Origin: Mobula hypostoma
Lineage: Eukaryota
Assembly: GCF_963921235.1 (NCBI RefSeq)
Contig: NC_086108.1
Span: 20,832,001-20,896,000 of the forward strand
Reading direction: 5' to 3'
DNA length: 64,000 bases
The notes beneath the pieces were generated by a model. The model was not told where the DNA came from, did no database searches, and worked only from the letters and a program-made list of their open reading frames with translations. This document shows, piece by piece, positions 1 through 12,166 of this stretch (positions within the stretch are counted from its first letter, which is position 1; each line of letters begins with the position of its first letter). A program made the translations under genes and the position numbers.

Positions 1-132
1 GGTATTTAGAGAAAGTTGATAAATTTTTGGAAGTGTAGGCAATTAAGGGAACTACCATGGAGGAGGAGAAAAGGCTAGGGACAGATTAGCCATGATGAAT
101 GCAGAGTTTAGGAGGGTTAGCGGTGCCTTACG

Positions 133-918
133 ATGACTTCTTTGCTTGCATCTTCAGAAACAGTTCTATTTCCATCTTTAATATCTCTATTTTTCCCTTT
201 CAGGGTTCTTTTGAAGACCCTGACCTGGAGTTACACGCTGACTACGATTCTTTGCGGGAATGCGACCTGCTCTTGTGGTTTCATAACTGGCCGGTTGTTC
301 AGCACGCCAAGGGCTCAGCCTAAGAACTCCACTCGCCTTCAGAGGACCGAGATTTCATGGCTCTGGAGACAGGGGCAATCAGAGGTCAGTGTCTGAGCGT
401 GTGTGACTGGTGTGTCATGGGAGATGGAAGATCTAAGGCTGTGTCCCCAGACCCGAGATCTTTGGGCACAGTGCTCAGAAAAAGCAACGCAATGGACTTT
501 TAACATCGTAAACCAGCGAGTTGTTTGTTATGTCTCCCCTCTCGCTGTGAAATGGAGACACCTCTTTCTCCTTTATTAGAGAGAAAGAAAGCCTGTCGTA
601 TATCGAATGCCGGGTGAACAATGTAGTCTTTGGAGTACTGCAAGTCTGTGTCTTTGCTGTTGCCTTGCTCATGCTTGAGTGCTCAGTGACAGGTGCCGAT
701 GCTTTTTTTTTGCTGGGGGGTGGGGTCTGTTGCTTGCTGCCACTTACGTGCGGGAGGGAGGGGAGCTAGGGTGGGGGGATTTTGGGGTTCTAACGTTTAA
801 CTGTCATTCATACTTTGGGGGCAGTCCTCTGTTTTCATGGATGGTTGCGAAGAAAAAGCATTTCAGGATATATATTGTATACATTTCTCCGACATTAAAT
901 GTACCTTTGAAACCTTTG
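133..918 (+). mobile_element. SINE-like non-autonomous retroposon lying between CR1 3' tail remnants
   Basis: No coding potential. Ends ...GACATTAAATGTACCTTTGAAACCTTTGA (short repeated tail). Flanked by CR1-like tail sequence at 1-130 and 919-990. Confidence 0.55.
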
Positions 919-3512
919 ATATTGAATGGGAGGGCAAGCTCGGGGAACCCCGTGGCTTATACCTGCTACTATTTTCTAATATGCTATACCTCCCCATCAA
1001 GATAATTCACAAGAAATCTGATTCTTTCACAAAACTATGATCAGAAATGAAAAGGGAAAGTGAAAAACAATAAACCATACTGGCATGGGGAAGGATTGCC
1101 TGCCTTTTTCAAAAGTTGCTTTGATAAGAGAAATAAAGTTGTTTGAAGTCAATAAAACTGAATTTATTGCTAACGAGTATGGATCCAATTACAGATTGTT
1201 ATATCTGGATAAAAATAATGAGCAATTGAACAGATCCATGCTTTATTCTTTAGATGAGAGAGTGAAATACTCAAGAATGTGTGACTGAGGATCTGCAACA
1301 GCTTCTAAATTATATCAAAAGTACCAACAGCTTCAAGAGTGGTATTGGATACAGGTGATATCTCAAGTAGTTTGAAGATAAAAGTAAAAAAACTGGGTTA
1401 TTTCAATTTGAAAAGTTACACATGGAAGTATTAAGTACGGTGCAAGTTCAAAAGTCTATTTTCAATTGTCGGTACTGAGTGAAACAAAGACCACTGTGAA
1501 CATGTCGTTTCTGGAAGTGCAAATACTCCTGGAAATCAGGTGCTCAATATAACTGAAGAGTCTAAAAGCCTTTCTGCTAAGCCAATGAAAATCATAAAAC
1601 TTACTGGAAACGTAAAAGAAAACTGTTAACACTGAATAGGTTAGGCAGTAGCTGTGGATGCTGGTAACACATTCTTAAATAATGGTATAGGAAGATCAGG
1701 ATGAATTTATACTTCCTGATAAGTGAATATCATTGAGGAAGTAAAAAAATCAAATTCCATGCATCAATTGATAATTTTATTTTAGTCAATGGGCCAGAAT
1801 CTTTTTCCAAATAAACATTTTGAATATATCATTTCAGCTACAATATAGAATCAGACAATAAAACAGAAAACGCTGAAAACGCGGAGCAGTGCTCTGGTGA
1901 ACAACAGATTTCACATTAATGATCCTTCTTCAGAAAAGGAAAGGTAATAAAAGCAGCATACTTTAAGTTACAGAAATGAAAGGGTTGGAGAGAAGAGAGG
2001 GCTTGTCATGGATAGGTTGGAGATTAAAGTTGTCCAAGTGATGTTTAATTGCTTTGGGATATCTAAAACAGAAGAATGAAAGTAAGTGAATTATAACTGA
2101 TTCATCTGGATGCATGTGAATAAAGGAAGCATAATGAGCAAAGATAGTGCATGATTCATCTATGGCCATTATCCTAGAAAGCAAGTGTACCATTTTGGAT
2201 ACTACTGGGGGACGGGCTGTAGGGTGGGGGGGGGAGAGAATGATGTTCACGAGAAAGCAGCAACATCAGCCACCAGCTTTATAGCATGAGGCCTGAGGCT
2301 CAGTAGGGAAGAGGGATGGCGGAAAGCTCTAGTGATCAAAAGACTCAATAGTCAAGGGGCAAAGAGGAGATCTTGTGGCCATAAAAAAAGACCCTAAGAT
2401 GGTGTTTTTCCTCCCTGGTGCCAGACTCAAGTACTTCTCTGGGATGTTGCCAAAAACTCTCAGAGGAGTGTGGAGAGGGGGTTCTGAGCATCAATAACTC
2501 ATTGTGCCCATTGGCATGAAATAGCATAGAAAAAAAAGGGGATGAATGCAGAGACTGAATACAAAGAGTTAGGAAAAGGGTTAAATAGCAGAACCTCAAG
2601 AACAGTAATCCCTGAATTATTGCTCGTGCCACATACCAGTAAGGGTAACAACAGGAGGATAAAGCAATTGAATGAGTGGCAAAATTTGTTGTAGGGGGCA
2701 AGTTCCAATTTTTTGGACCATAGGTATCTTTTGTGGGATAGAGGTGACCTGTAGACAGGGACAGTTTCCATCTGAATAGGAGTATGATGAATACCTTGGG
2801 GCAGGCAAATTTGCTAGTGCTGGTCAAGAACATTTAAACCAGACTTGCAGGGGTGTGGAATCCAAAGCAGAAGTAGGACAGATGGGAGACTGAAAGTTGA
2901 GGCGGAATTCATTGACACTGTGGTCAATAGACAGGACAGGCAGCAGCATGACAGGGAGCAATGACAGACAGCTGGATTAAATTTCATTTTTTTCAATGAA
3001 TGACGTCTGACGGGTAAGACATGAATAGCTGTGTGAAACTGAGATATTACAGCCATAACAGAAACATGACCTCAGGAGAGACAGGACCGGAAGCTTAACG
3101 TTGAGAAAAAAAAATTGCAGGAGCTCTGGCTGAGAATACAGTATATGCATCATTGTTAAAATGAATGAGATGTCAGAAGATTGGAGGGTGGTAATGTTGT
3201 GCCTTTAAGAAGGGCTGCAAATAAAATAAACTGGAAAGTATAGATCAGTAAATATAACATCTGTGGTAGATTATTTACCAGAGGAGACTCTGAAGGATAA
3301 GATATAGAAGCATTTGGAAAGACAAAGGTTGATTAGGGATAGTCATCACAGCATTGTGCACAGAAGTGTGTCATTAAATTCACTGCGTTTTTAAATAAGT
3401 CACAAAGAAGGTCAATGAGGGAAGTTAGGTCAATATGGACTTTAGAAAGGCCTTAATAAGGTTCAGCGTGGTAGATGCAGTAGAAGGATACACTCAGTGG
3501 CCATTATATTAC

Positions 3513-4027
3513 TGTCAGTACCTCCAGTTGAACTTTTTTTGTGTGTTTTTTCCCCTAGCCATCAGTCTGTGGTTTTGTATTGCCATGTGCTCTTGTTTGT
3601 TTTCATGCCCCATGTGCTCCTGTCCCCGCTCCTGCTCTACTCCAGCTGTATTACTGAGTACTCTGCCTCTCACCTGTTTTGCATTATTACCTGTTTTGCT
3701 GCCACTTCTGTCTCATTGTGCTCCACCTATCAACTGCCTCTCTGTTTATTGCTCAGTATTTTAGTTCTGTGTTTTTACCTGTTTGTTGTCAGATTGTGCC
3801 AGTGAATTTTCTTGAGTGTTTCCAGCATTTGTATCTGTACTCTGTCCATCTGAATATTGCCTCCGCCTGTTTCCCCATTCTGGGTTCTTGGATTTCTCTG
3901 TATGTTTTGATCTCTGCCTGAACTTTGATGTTGACCTCATTTGCACCTTGGGATTTGTTACTCAATTAATATCACTGTGTTCACAGTACTGGGTCTGCGA
4001 TTGGATCCCTGCTCCAGCACCCTGACA
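3513..4027 (+). repeat. Gypsy 5' LTR
   Basis: TG...CA termini with inverted repeat TGTCAG/CTGACA; direct repeat of 8049-9097. Confidence 0.93.
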
Positions 4028-4038
4028 GTACAATCTGA
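4028..4038 (+). promoter_or_regulatory. Self-priming type primer-binding site (GTACAATCTGA)
   Basis: Abuts the LTR, does not start with TGG, and is complementary to LTR 3789-3799 TCAGATTGTGC (one G:U pair). Confidence 0.75.
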
Positions 4039-6744
4039 GAGCTGCCCTGGAAAAACAGGGGATGATGCTGGGGAGACACCAGAACCAGCTGTGGGAGTGG
4101 AGGGCAGTGGAGTCGCTTTCTGCCAATGTAGCCGATCTTGTGACCCAGATTCAGTCACTCCAGCCGTCCCAGAGCGCCCATCAACATTCTGCGACTGCAT
4201 CTTCCACCCCATCCTCTGCATTCCCACTTACTCCTCCCATCCAAAAGCCCTGTCTGCTTCCGCCAGAAAAGTACTCAGGTGAGCCCGGTACCTGCCACTC
4301 TTTTTTTTTTCAGTGCACCCTCATTTTTGAATTACAACCAACAATCTTTCCGACTGATTGAGCCAAGGTGGCCTACGTCATCACTCAACTGTCCGGTCGG
4401 GCGAGAAAATGGGGAACAGCCATCTGGGAGGCAGGCTCACCTTTCTGCATCAGTTTTCAGTTATTTTCTGAGATGAGTGAAGTGTTTGATCGCTCCAAAC
4501 ACGGGAGAGAGGCTGCCTGTGAAATGCTGCACATGCACCAGGGGCGCAGACCTGTGTCAGATTACGCCATTGAGTTCCAGACCCCAGCCATCTCCAGCAG
4601 TTGGAACTCGGAGGCACAGTACGACACCTTCCTGAACAGCCTCTCCGAAGACATCAAAGATGAGCTGATCACCAAGGACCTTCCCACCACCTTTGAAGCC
4701 CTGGTGGATTTGGCCATCCGTATTGAAGTTCGCCTTCAGCAGTGCCACAGAGGGAGGGGTTCCAGAGGGTCCTTGGGGGCACTGGGTGATTTCCAAGATC
4801 ATCAGTCTACATTGCCCTGTCGTTTGCCCCCATCTGCAATTCCCGTTCCAGAGCCTGAAGCTATGAAGGTTGACTGTACCCGCCTGACGCTGACCAAAGG
4901 AGAAAGGAGAATCAGCACCCATTCCTGTCTGTACTGTGGCCAACCAGACCACTTCATCCCCACCTGCCCGGTGAAAGCCAAGCGCTCACCAGTAGGACGA
5001 GGAGTACTGGTGAGCGTGACCCCTGTCCGGCCCTCCTCGACACCACTCACTCTCATACCTACTTCTCTGGCGTCGGGTGTCCAACGGCAAGCAGTCTCAG
5101 TCTTGGTTGATTCTAGTGCAGAGGGGTATTTTATCGATTCCGGCTTGGCTGGCCAGTGGGGATTAGTCATGTCTGCTCTCCAGTCACCATTTGTGGTCAA
5201 CATCTTGAATGGTCAGATACTGGCTAACATCACCCATGTCATGGCCCTGGTGAGTCAGTTTATCCGGCAACCATCATGAACAGTTAACCCTTTGTGTTAT
5301 TGACTCTCCTCAAGCTCCCATTGTCGTGGGCCATCCCTGGTTAGTTAAACACAACCCCCACATTGACTGGCTCAGTTGCAAGATTGTAGGCTGGAGCCCA
5401 TTCTGTCACTCCCACTGCCTCTGCCATGCTCAGATCCCCTTGTCTCCAAGCCCAGGACCTGCCCCCCCCAAAGGAATTTCTGGACCTTTGTGCCATCCCT
5501 CCTGAATACATGGATATCAAGACTGTGTTTAACAAGTCCCGGGCCACTTCCCTACGGCCTCATCATCCATATCATTATGCCACTGTCCTCTTGCCTGGCA
5601 CATCTCCCCCAAGGGGCCACCTGTATTCCCTGTCTGTACCTGAAATAAAAGTCATGAGTAAGTACATTCAAGAGTGTTTGGCTGCAGGCATCATCCGGCC
5701 ATCTTCCTTCTCTGCTGGTGCCAGTTTTTTCTTTGTTGAAAAGGACGGCTCCTTACATCCATGCATTGATTACCAGGGACTGAATGAAGTCACTGTTAAG
5801 AACCATTACCCTCTTCCGCTCATGACCTTGGCATGTGAACTACTGCAAGGCGCCTCAGTTTTCACCAAGCTCGATCTCTGTAACGACCATCACCTTGTTC
5901 GCATCCGCGAAGGGTATGAGTAGAAGACTGCCTTCAACACCACCTCAGGCCATTACGAGTATCTGGTCATGCCATTCGGTCTCACCAATATCCCCCGCCG
6001 TCTTCCAAGCCCTAGTAAATGACGTTCTCAGGGACATGCTGAACCGATTTGTTTTTGTGTATCTTGCTGACATTTTGGTTTTTTTTTTCTAAGTCCCTTG
6101 CTGAACACACAAGTCACGTCCGCAGAGTTCTCCAGTGCCTTCTGGAGAACCAGCTCTTTGTGAAGGCTGAGAAATGTGAATTTCATCACACACAATACTG
6201 TCTCCTTCCTGGGGTATGTAATTTCAGGTGGTTCCATTCAGATGGACCAACAGAAGGTCAAAGCAGTGGTCAAATGGCCCCAAACTTCGACTCGTCAGGA
6301 GTTGCAATGCTTCTTGGGCTTCACTAACTTCTATTGCCACTTTATCAGAAATTGCAATACACTGGCTGCACCACTCACTGCTCTTACCTCATCGGCTGTC
6401 AGATTCTCCTGGTCCCCTGCTGCTGAAAAAGCATTCTCTGACCTGAAGAAACATTTCACCTCTGCCCTCATCCTGATTCAACCCGACACCGACTGGCAAT
6501 TCATTGTGGATGCGTCTGACATTGGCATAGGAGCTGTTCTCTCTCAGCGCTCAGCCAAGGATGAGAATGCACACCCCTGCGCCGCCTTCTCTCGCCGCCT
6601 CACTCACACGGAGCGGAATTACAATGTCAGAAAGCAGGAACTGCTGGCTGTGAAGCCAGCTCTGGAGGAGTGGAGGCATTGGCTGGAGGGAGCCAAGGTG
6701 CCATTCTTAGTCTGGACTGATCACAAGAATCTGGAATATATCCA
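4039..6744 (+). pseudogene. Gypsy gag-pol remnant (gag, CCHC knuckle, aspartic protease, RT, RNase H)
   Basis: [54 protein letters not shown] (degenerate YLDD); [11 protein letters not shown]...WRHWLEG...TDHKNLEY. Multiple stops and frameshifts. Confidence 0.93.
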
Positions 6745-6866
6745 TGATGCGTTGCCTAAGTCTATAACCTGCAGTTTTGGAGCTTGCATAACTGCAAATC
6801 AGGCTTGTGGTCAGGAGGTGTGCACAGATGTTCATCCTCTCCTTTCATTTATTTTCTGTTTTCATT

Positions 6867-7000
6867 TAGAGATACAGCATGGTAATAGGCCATTCTGGCC
6901 TAACAAGCCCATGTCACCCTATTACATCCATATGACCTGCTAACTCAGAGCAGGAATGTAAGAGTAAACTGGAGCACCCACACAGTCATGGGGAGAACAT
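6867..7000 (-). mobile_element. SINE fragment (V-SINE/HE1-like) within the foreign segment inside the Gypsy
   Basis: AGAGATACAGCATGGTAATAGGCC...GGAGCACCCACACAGTCATGGGGAGAACA resembles the antisense of the SINE core and tail seen at 60715-61080. Confidence 0.55.
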
Positions 7001-7393
7001 TTTGATTTAAATCAGCTCTTTTCCAAACTATAACATACCTAGATTCTAACAGTTGCCAAAGCACTTTGTGATGCTATATTCAGCACTACATGGGGAGGAT
7101 GCAGGTGGCTTTACTCTGCAGCACGCAATTAGCAGGGTAACTGCACTGTGCTTCACATGAAGCTTGCAAAGTGGGTTGCAAATGATATTTTCAAGTTTCA
7201 AGTTCCTAGAAACCTAGGTGCATTATTTGTGCGCGTACTAATTTTTAATGGTTTACGTCATTGTGGCCTCTGCAGGGGCACAGTGGATGAATGCTTGATG
7301 GTTCCAGTGGACAATTATTTGAGGTTTTTAGGATTATCACCACCACCCAGCATCAGACCAACAAAAATGTGCACCGCAGAAAAAGTGGAGCAT

Positions 7394-7705
7394 TACTAGA
7401 ACTAGGGGACATTGCCAAAATATTCAGGGGAGAAGATTTAAGACGGAGATGAGGAGAAACTGCTTTTTCCAGAGAGTGGTGAATCTGTGGAATTCAATGC
7501 CCAGGGAAGCAGTTGAGGCTTCCTCACTAAATATATCTAAGAAACAGATAGCTTTTACATAGTAAGGGAATTAAGGGTTATAGGGAAAAGGCAGGTAGAT
7601 GGAGCTGAGTTTACACAGATCAGCCATGATCTTATTGAATGGCGGGGCAGGCTCGATGGGCCGGATGGCCTACTCCTGCTCCTATTTCTTATGTTATGTT
7701 CTTAT
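7394..7705 (+). mobile_element. CR1 LINE 3' end
   Basis: TRTRGH...RRNCFFQRVVNLWN, then a 3' UTR with a TTCTTATG-type tail. Confidence 0.9.
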
Positions 7706-8000
7706 CTCAAGCTCCCCTTCACTCTCCACTGCATTCATCCCACCTTCCATGTGTCCTGCATCAAGCCTTTTATGAGCCACTCCCTGTGTCCTATCCCCCA
7801 CCCACAGCTTATCAATGGGTCAGAGGCCTTCACGGTGAGTCAACTGTTGGATGTTTATCACCAGGGCCGTGGCCTCCAGTACCTTGTGGACTGGGAGGGC
7901 TACGGTCCTGAAGAAAGGTGCTGGGTTCCCGCCCATAACATCCTGGACCCCTCTCTCATCAGGGACTTCCATCGCCAGCATCCAGCTCTAACTGCCGTGA
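7706..8000 (+). pseudogene. Integrase C-terminus and chromodomain of the Gypsy element
   Basis: [16 protein letters not shown]...[44 protein letters not shown]. Confidence 0.92.
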
Positions 8001-8048
8001 TGCCAGGAGGTGTCCATTGGGGGGGGGGGGGGGGAGGCGGGGAAATAC

Positions 8049-9097
8049 TGTCAGTACTTCCAGTTGAACTTTGTCTTTTTGTGTGTGTTTTCCCCTAGCT
8101 GTCAGTATATGGTTTTGTACTGCCATGTGCTCTTGTTTGTTTTCAATCCCCATGTGCTCCTGTCCCCGCTCCTGCTCTGGCCCCTGTATTACTGAGTACT
8201 CCACTTACATAGAACGTAGAATAGTACAGCACAGACCCTTCGGCCCACAATGTTGTGCTGACCCTCAAACCCTGCCTCCCACATAAGCTCCCACCTTAAA
8301 TTCCTCCATATACCTGTCTAGTAGCCTCTTAAACTTCACTAGAGTATCTGCCTCCACCACTGACTCAGGCGGTACATTCCAGGCACCAACCACTCTCTGA
8401 GCAAAAAATCTTCCTCTAATATCCCCCTTGAACTTCCCACCCCTTACCTTAAAGCCATGTCCTCTTGTATTGAGCAGTGGTGCCCTGGGGAAGAGGCACT
8501 AGCTATCCACTCTATCTATTCCTCTTAATACCTTGTATACCTCTATTATGTCTCCTCTCATCCCCCTTCTCTCCAAAGAGTAAAGCCCTAGCTCCATTAA
8601 TCTCTGATCATAATGCATACTCTCTAAACCAAGCAGCATCCTGGTAAATCTCCTCTGTACCCTTTCCAATGCTTCCACATCCTTCCTATAGTGAGGCGAC
8701 CAGAACTGGACACAGTACTCCAAGTGTGGCCTAACACTTCTCACATGTTTCTCATCATTACCTGTTTTGCTGCCACTTCTGTCTCATTGTGCTCCACCTA
8801 TCATCTGCCTCTCTGTTTACTGCTCAGTGTATTTCAGTCATGTTTTCACCTGTTTGTTGTCAGATTGTGCCAGTGAATTTTCCTGAGCCTTTCCAGCATT
8901 CGTATCTGTACTCTGTCTGTCTGAATATCGACTCTACCTGTTTCCCGATTCTGGTTTTTGGATTCCTCTGGGTGCTTTGATCTCTGCCTGAACTTTGATG
9001 TTGACTTTGTTTACACCTCTGGATTTGTTACTCAATTAATATCACTGTGTGCATGGTACTGGGTCTGCGACTGGATACCTGCTCCAGCACCCTGACA
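8049..9097 (+). repeat. Gypsy 3' LTR, interrupted by a CR1
   Basis: Follows the polypurine tract at ~8018-8045; matches the 5' LTR on both sides of the 8207-8734 insertion. Confidence 0.93.
8207..8734 (-). mobile_element. 5'-truncated CR1 LINE inserted in the 3' LTR
   Basis: VRPHLEYCVQFWSPHYRKD... on the minus strand; (TTCTATG)-like tail; TSD CACTT at 8202-8206 and 8735-8739. Confidence 0.92.
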
Positions 9098-9246
9098 ATT
9101 AGGTACATCTGAACACCTGCTTGTTATTGCATAGATCTAATCGACCAACAACATGGCAGCAACTCAATGTATAAAAGCATGCAGACATGGTCAAGAGGTG
9201 CACTTGTTCCAATCAAACATCAGAATAGGGAAGCCATGTGATTCTA

Positions 9247-9541
9247 TACCTCCATCAGGAAGGAGGTACAGAAGCCTGAAGGCTCATACTCATCGATTCA
9301 GGAACAGCTTCTTCCCCTCTACCATCCAATTTCTAAGTGGACATTAAACCATGAACACTCCTGCACTTTTTTTATTCATTCTGTTTTTGCACTACTATTT
9401 TTATAAAATACTTAAAATATACAGTACATTTATTTACTGTAATTCCTTTTTCTATATTTATCATGTATTGCATTATACTGCTGCCATTAAGTCAACAAAT
9501 TTCACAACATATGCCAATGATATTAACCCTGATTCTGATTC
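9247..9541 (+). mobile_element. Rex1/Babar-like LINE 3' tail
   Basis: PSGRRYRSLKAHTHRFRNSFFP followed by a (GATTCT)n tail. Confidence 0.8.
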
Positions 9542-9930
9542 TAAGTGACTTTAACCATGGAATGATTGTTGGTGCCAAACTGAATGGTTTGAGTATCTCA
9601 GAAACTGCAGATCTTCTCAGATTTCTATGTACAACAGTCACCAGGTTTCATAGATAGTACAAAAAAAATCCAGTGAGCAGCAGATCTATGGGCAATAAAA
9701 CTTTGTTAATGAGTGAGGTCAGAGGAGAAAAGCCAGATTGGTTCATGCTGATAGGAAAGGAAGACAATAGCAACTCAACCATAAATCTTGAAGTGGATGG
9801 GCTAAAGCAGCAAAGTCCATGAACATATACTCAGTGGCCACTTCATTAAACAGAGGAGGTACCCAATAAAGTGGCCACTGAATGTAGATCACATAAGATC
9901 TAAGGGGAACTAGCTAACTGGATATAGAAT

Positions 9931-10077
9931 CCAATCACAAACAAGAGAAAATATGCAGATGCTGGAAATCCAAGCAACACACACAATATGCAGCATCCAT
10001 GGAAAAGAGTACTGTTGATGTTTTGAGCCAAAACCCTTCAGCAGGTCTGCTGAGTTCCTCCAGCATTTTGTGTGTGT
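9931..10077. mobile_element. Short inverted Penelope pLTR-derived insertion
   Basis: Matches the PLE 3' end; 16-bp TSD TAACT(G/A)GATATAGAAT at 9915-9930 and 10078-10093. Confidence 0.8.
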
Positions 10078-10292
10078 TAACTAGATATAGAATTAGCTTG
10101 TTGGCAGGAACCAGAGGGTGATGGTGCAAGGTTGCATTTCAGACTGGAAGTCTGTGACTAGTGACGTCTACAGAGGTCAGTGTTAGGCCCATTGCTATTG
10201 TCATCTTTATATGGTTGGCTATGTATTAGTCATGGTGAGTAAGTCTGTAGATGACATCAAAGCAGGCAGTGATGTTGACAGGGAAGATGGTT

Positions 10293-12140
10293 AAACACAC
10301 AAAATGGTGGAGAAACTCAGCAGGCTAGACAGCATCTATGGAAAAAAGTACATTCGACATTTCAGGCTGAGACCCTTCAGCAGGACTGGAGAAAAAAAGA
10401 TGAGGTGTAGATTTTAAAGGTGGGGGGAGAGGTGAGAGTAAAACAAGGTGATAGATGAAACTGGGAGAGGGAGAGATGAGGTAAAGAGCTGGTGAAAGCG
10501 ATACAGAGCTGGAGAAGGAAGAGTCTGATAGGAGGGGACAAAGGAGCCATGGAAGAAAGAAAAGGGGGAGGAGCACCAGAGGGAGGCAATGGGCAGGTAA
10601 GGAGATAAGGTGAGAGAGGGAAAGGGGGATGGGAAATGGTGAAGGGGTCAGGGGAATTACCAGAAGTTCAAGAAATCAATGTTCAGGCCATCAGGTTGGA
10701 GGCTATCCAGATGGAATAAAAGGCGTTGTTCCTCCAACCTGAGTGTGGCTTCGTTGCGACAGTAGAGGAGGCCATGCATTGACATATCGGAATGGGAATG
10801 GGAAGTGGAATTAAAATAGGTGACCACTGGGAGATCCCACTTCTTCTGGCCGATATACAGGAGACCACATTGGGAGCACCGGACACAGTATATGACCCCA
10901 ACAAACTCACAGGTGAAGCGTTGCCTCACCTGGAAGGACTGTTTGGGGACTTAGACTTCTTCACAGCCTGTTACTTGTAATAATGTCACCCCCTTCTCTC
11001 GACTCCTCTGTCTCCGATGCACCTGCTTTCAGGGTGAGGCTTTTCATTCCAGAACAAAGGAGATGTCATCCCATTTCAAAGAAAGGGGCTTCCTGTCCTC
11101 TGCCATCAATGTTGCCCTCAAACCGCACCAGGGATAGGCTTCCTCTTGTCCTCCTCTACCACTCCACCAGCCTCCAGGACCAACACATAATTCTCCAAAC
11201 TTCTGCCATCTCCAAAAGGATCCCACCACCAAGCACATCTCCCCCCCCCCACCACCACTATCTGCTTTCCACAGGGATCGCTTTCTATACGACTCCTTTG
11301 TCCATTCGTCCATCCCCACTGATCTCCCTCCTGGCATATATCCTTGTAAGCAGAACAAGTGCTATACTTGCCCCTACATCTCCTCACTCACTACAACTCA
11401 AGGCCCCAAACAGTCCTTTCAGGAGAGGCGTCACTTCACCTTTGAGTCTGTTGGGGTCATATACTGTGTCCAGTGCTCCCAGTGTGGTCTCCTGTATACC
11501 AGTGAGACCTGATGTAGATTAGGAGACCACTTCACCGAGTATCTACGCTCCCTCTGCCAGAAGAAGCGGATCGTCCAGAGGTCACCCATTGTAATTCCAC
11601 TTCCTATTCCGATATGCTAATCCATGGCCTTCTCTACATAGGGCACACTCAGGTTGGAGGAACACCACCTAGTATTCCATCTGAGTAGCCTCCAACCTGA
11701 TGGCATGAACATAGATTTCTCAAACTTCTGGTAATACTCACCTCCCCTCACCATTCCCCATCCCCTTTCTTCTCTCTCTTACCTGATCTCCTTGCCTGTC
11801 CTTTGCCCTCCACTGGTGCTCCTCCCCCCCCCTTTCTTCCATGGCTTTCTGTCCTTTCTTATCAGACTTCCCCTTCTCCAGCACGGCATCTCTTTCACCA
11901 ATCAACTTCCCAGCTCTTTACTTCATCCCTCCGCCTTCAGGTTTCACCTGTCACCTTGTGTTTCTCTCTCCCTTCCCCCACCTTTTAAATTTACTCATCT
12001 TTTTTTCTCCAGTCTGTCAAAGGGTCTCGGCCCAAAACATTGACTGTACTTTTTTCCATAGATGCTGCCTGGCCTGCTGAGTTCCTCCAGCATTTTGTGT
12101 GTGTTGCTTGGATTTCCAGCAACTGCATTTTCTCTTGTTT
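10293..12140 (+). mobile_element. Older Penelope-like element, 5'-truncated, with an inverted 3' copy at 10293-~10950
   Basis: GIY-YIG remnant (VIYCVRCSQCGLLYIG...RLEEQ..F.L.SLQPDGLNIDF) present in both orientations; degenerate hammerhead motifs in both arms. Confidence 0.88.
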
Positions 12141-12166
12141 GTGAAGAAGGTTATCCAGAATTACAA

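Larger units (their letters stand above)
3513..9097 (+). mobile_element. Gypsy LTR retrotransposon, chromovirus (Tf1/sushi-like), defective
   Basis: Two LTRs TGTCAG...CTGACA. 5-bp TSD ATTAC/ATTAG. Contains gag, protease, RT, RNase H and chromodomain remnants, with a G-rich PPT before the 3' LTR. Confidence 0.95.
3491..9884. mobile_element. Non-autonomous Tc1/mariner-type MITE, interrupted by the Gypsy element and a Rex1-type tail
   Basis: TA-CACTCAGTGGCCA at the left and TGGCCACTGAATG-TA at the right. Homologous to the copy at 34936-36132. Confidence 0.85.

Noticed and set aside
1085..1630. Protein-like short frames in AT-rich DNA
   Set aside because: Interrupted by stops, with no motif or splice support.
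4960..5000. Gag and protease in one frame in the Gypsy element
   Set aside because: The copy has many indels, so a natural fusion cannot be told from decay without a consensus.
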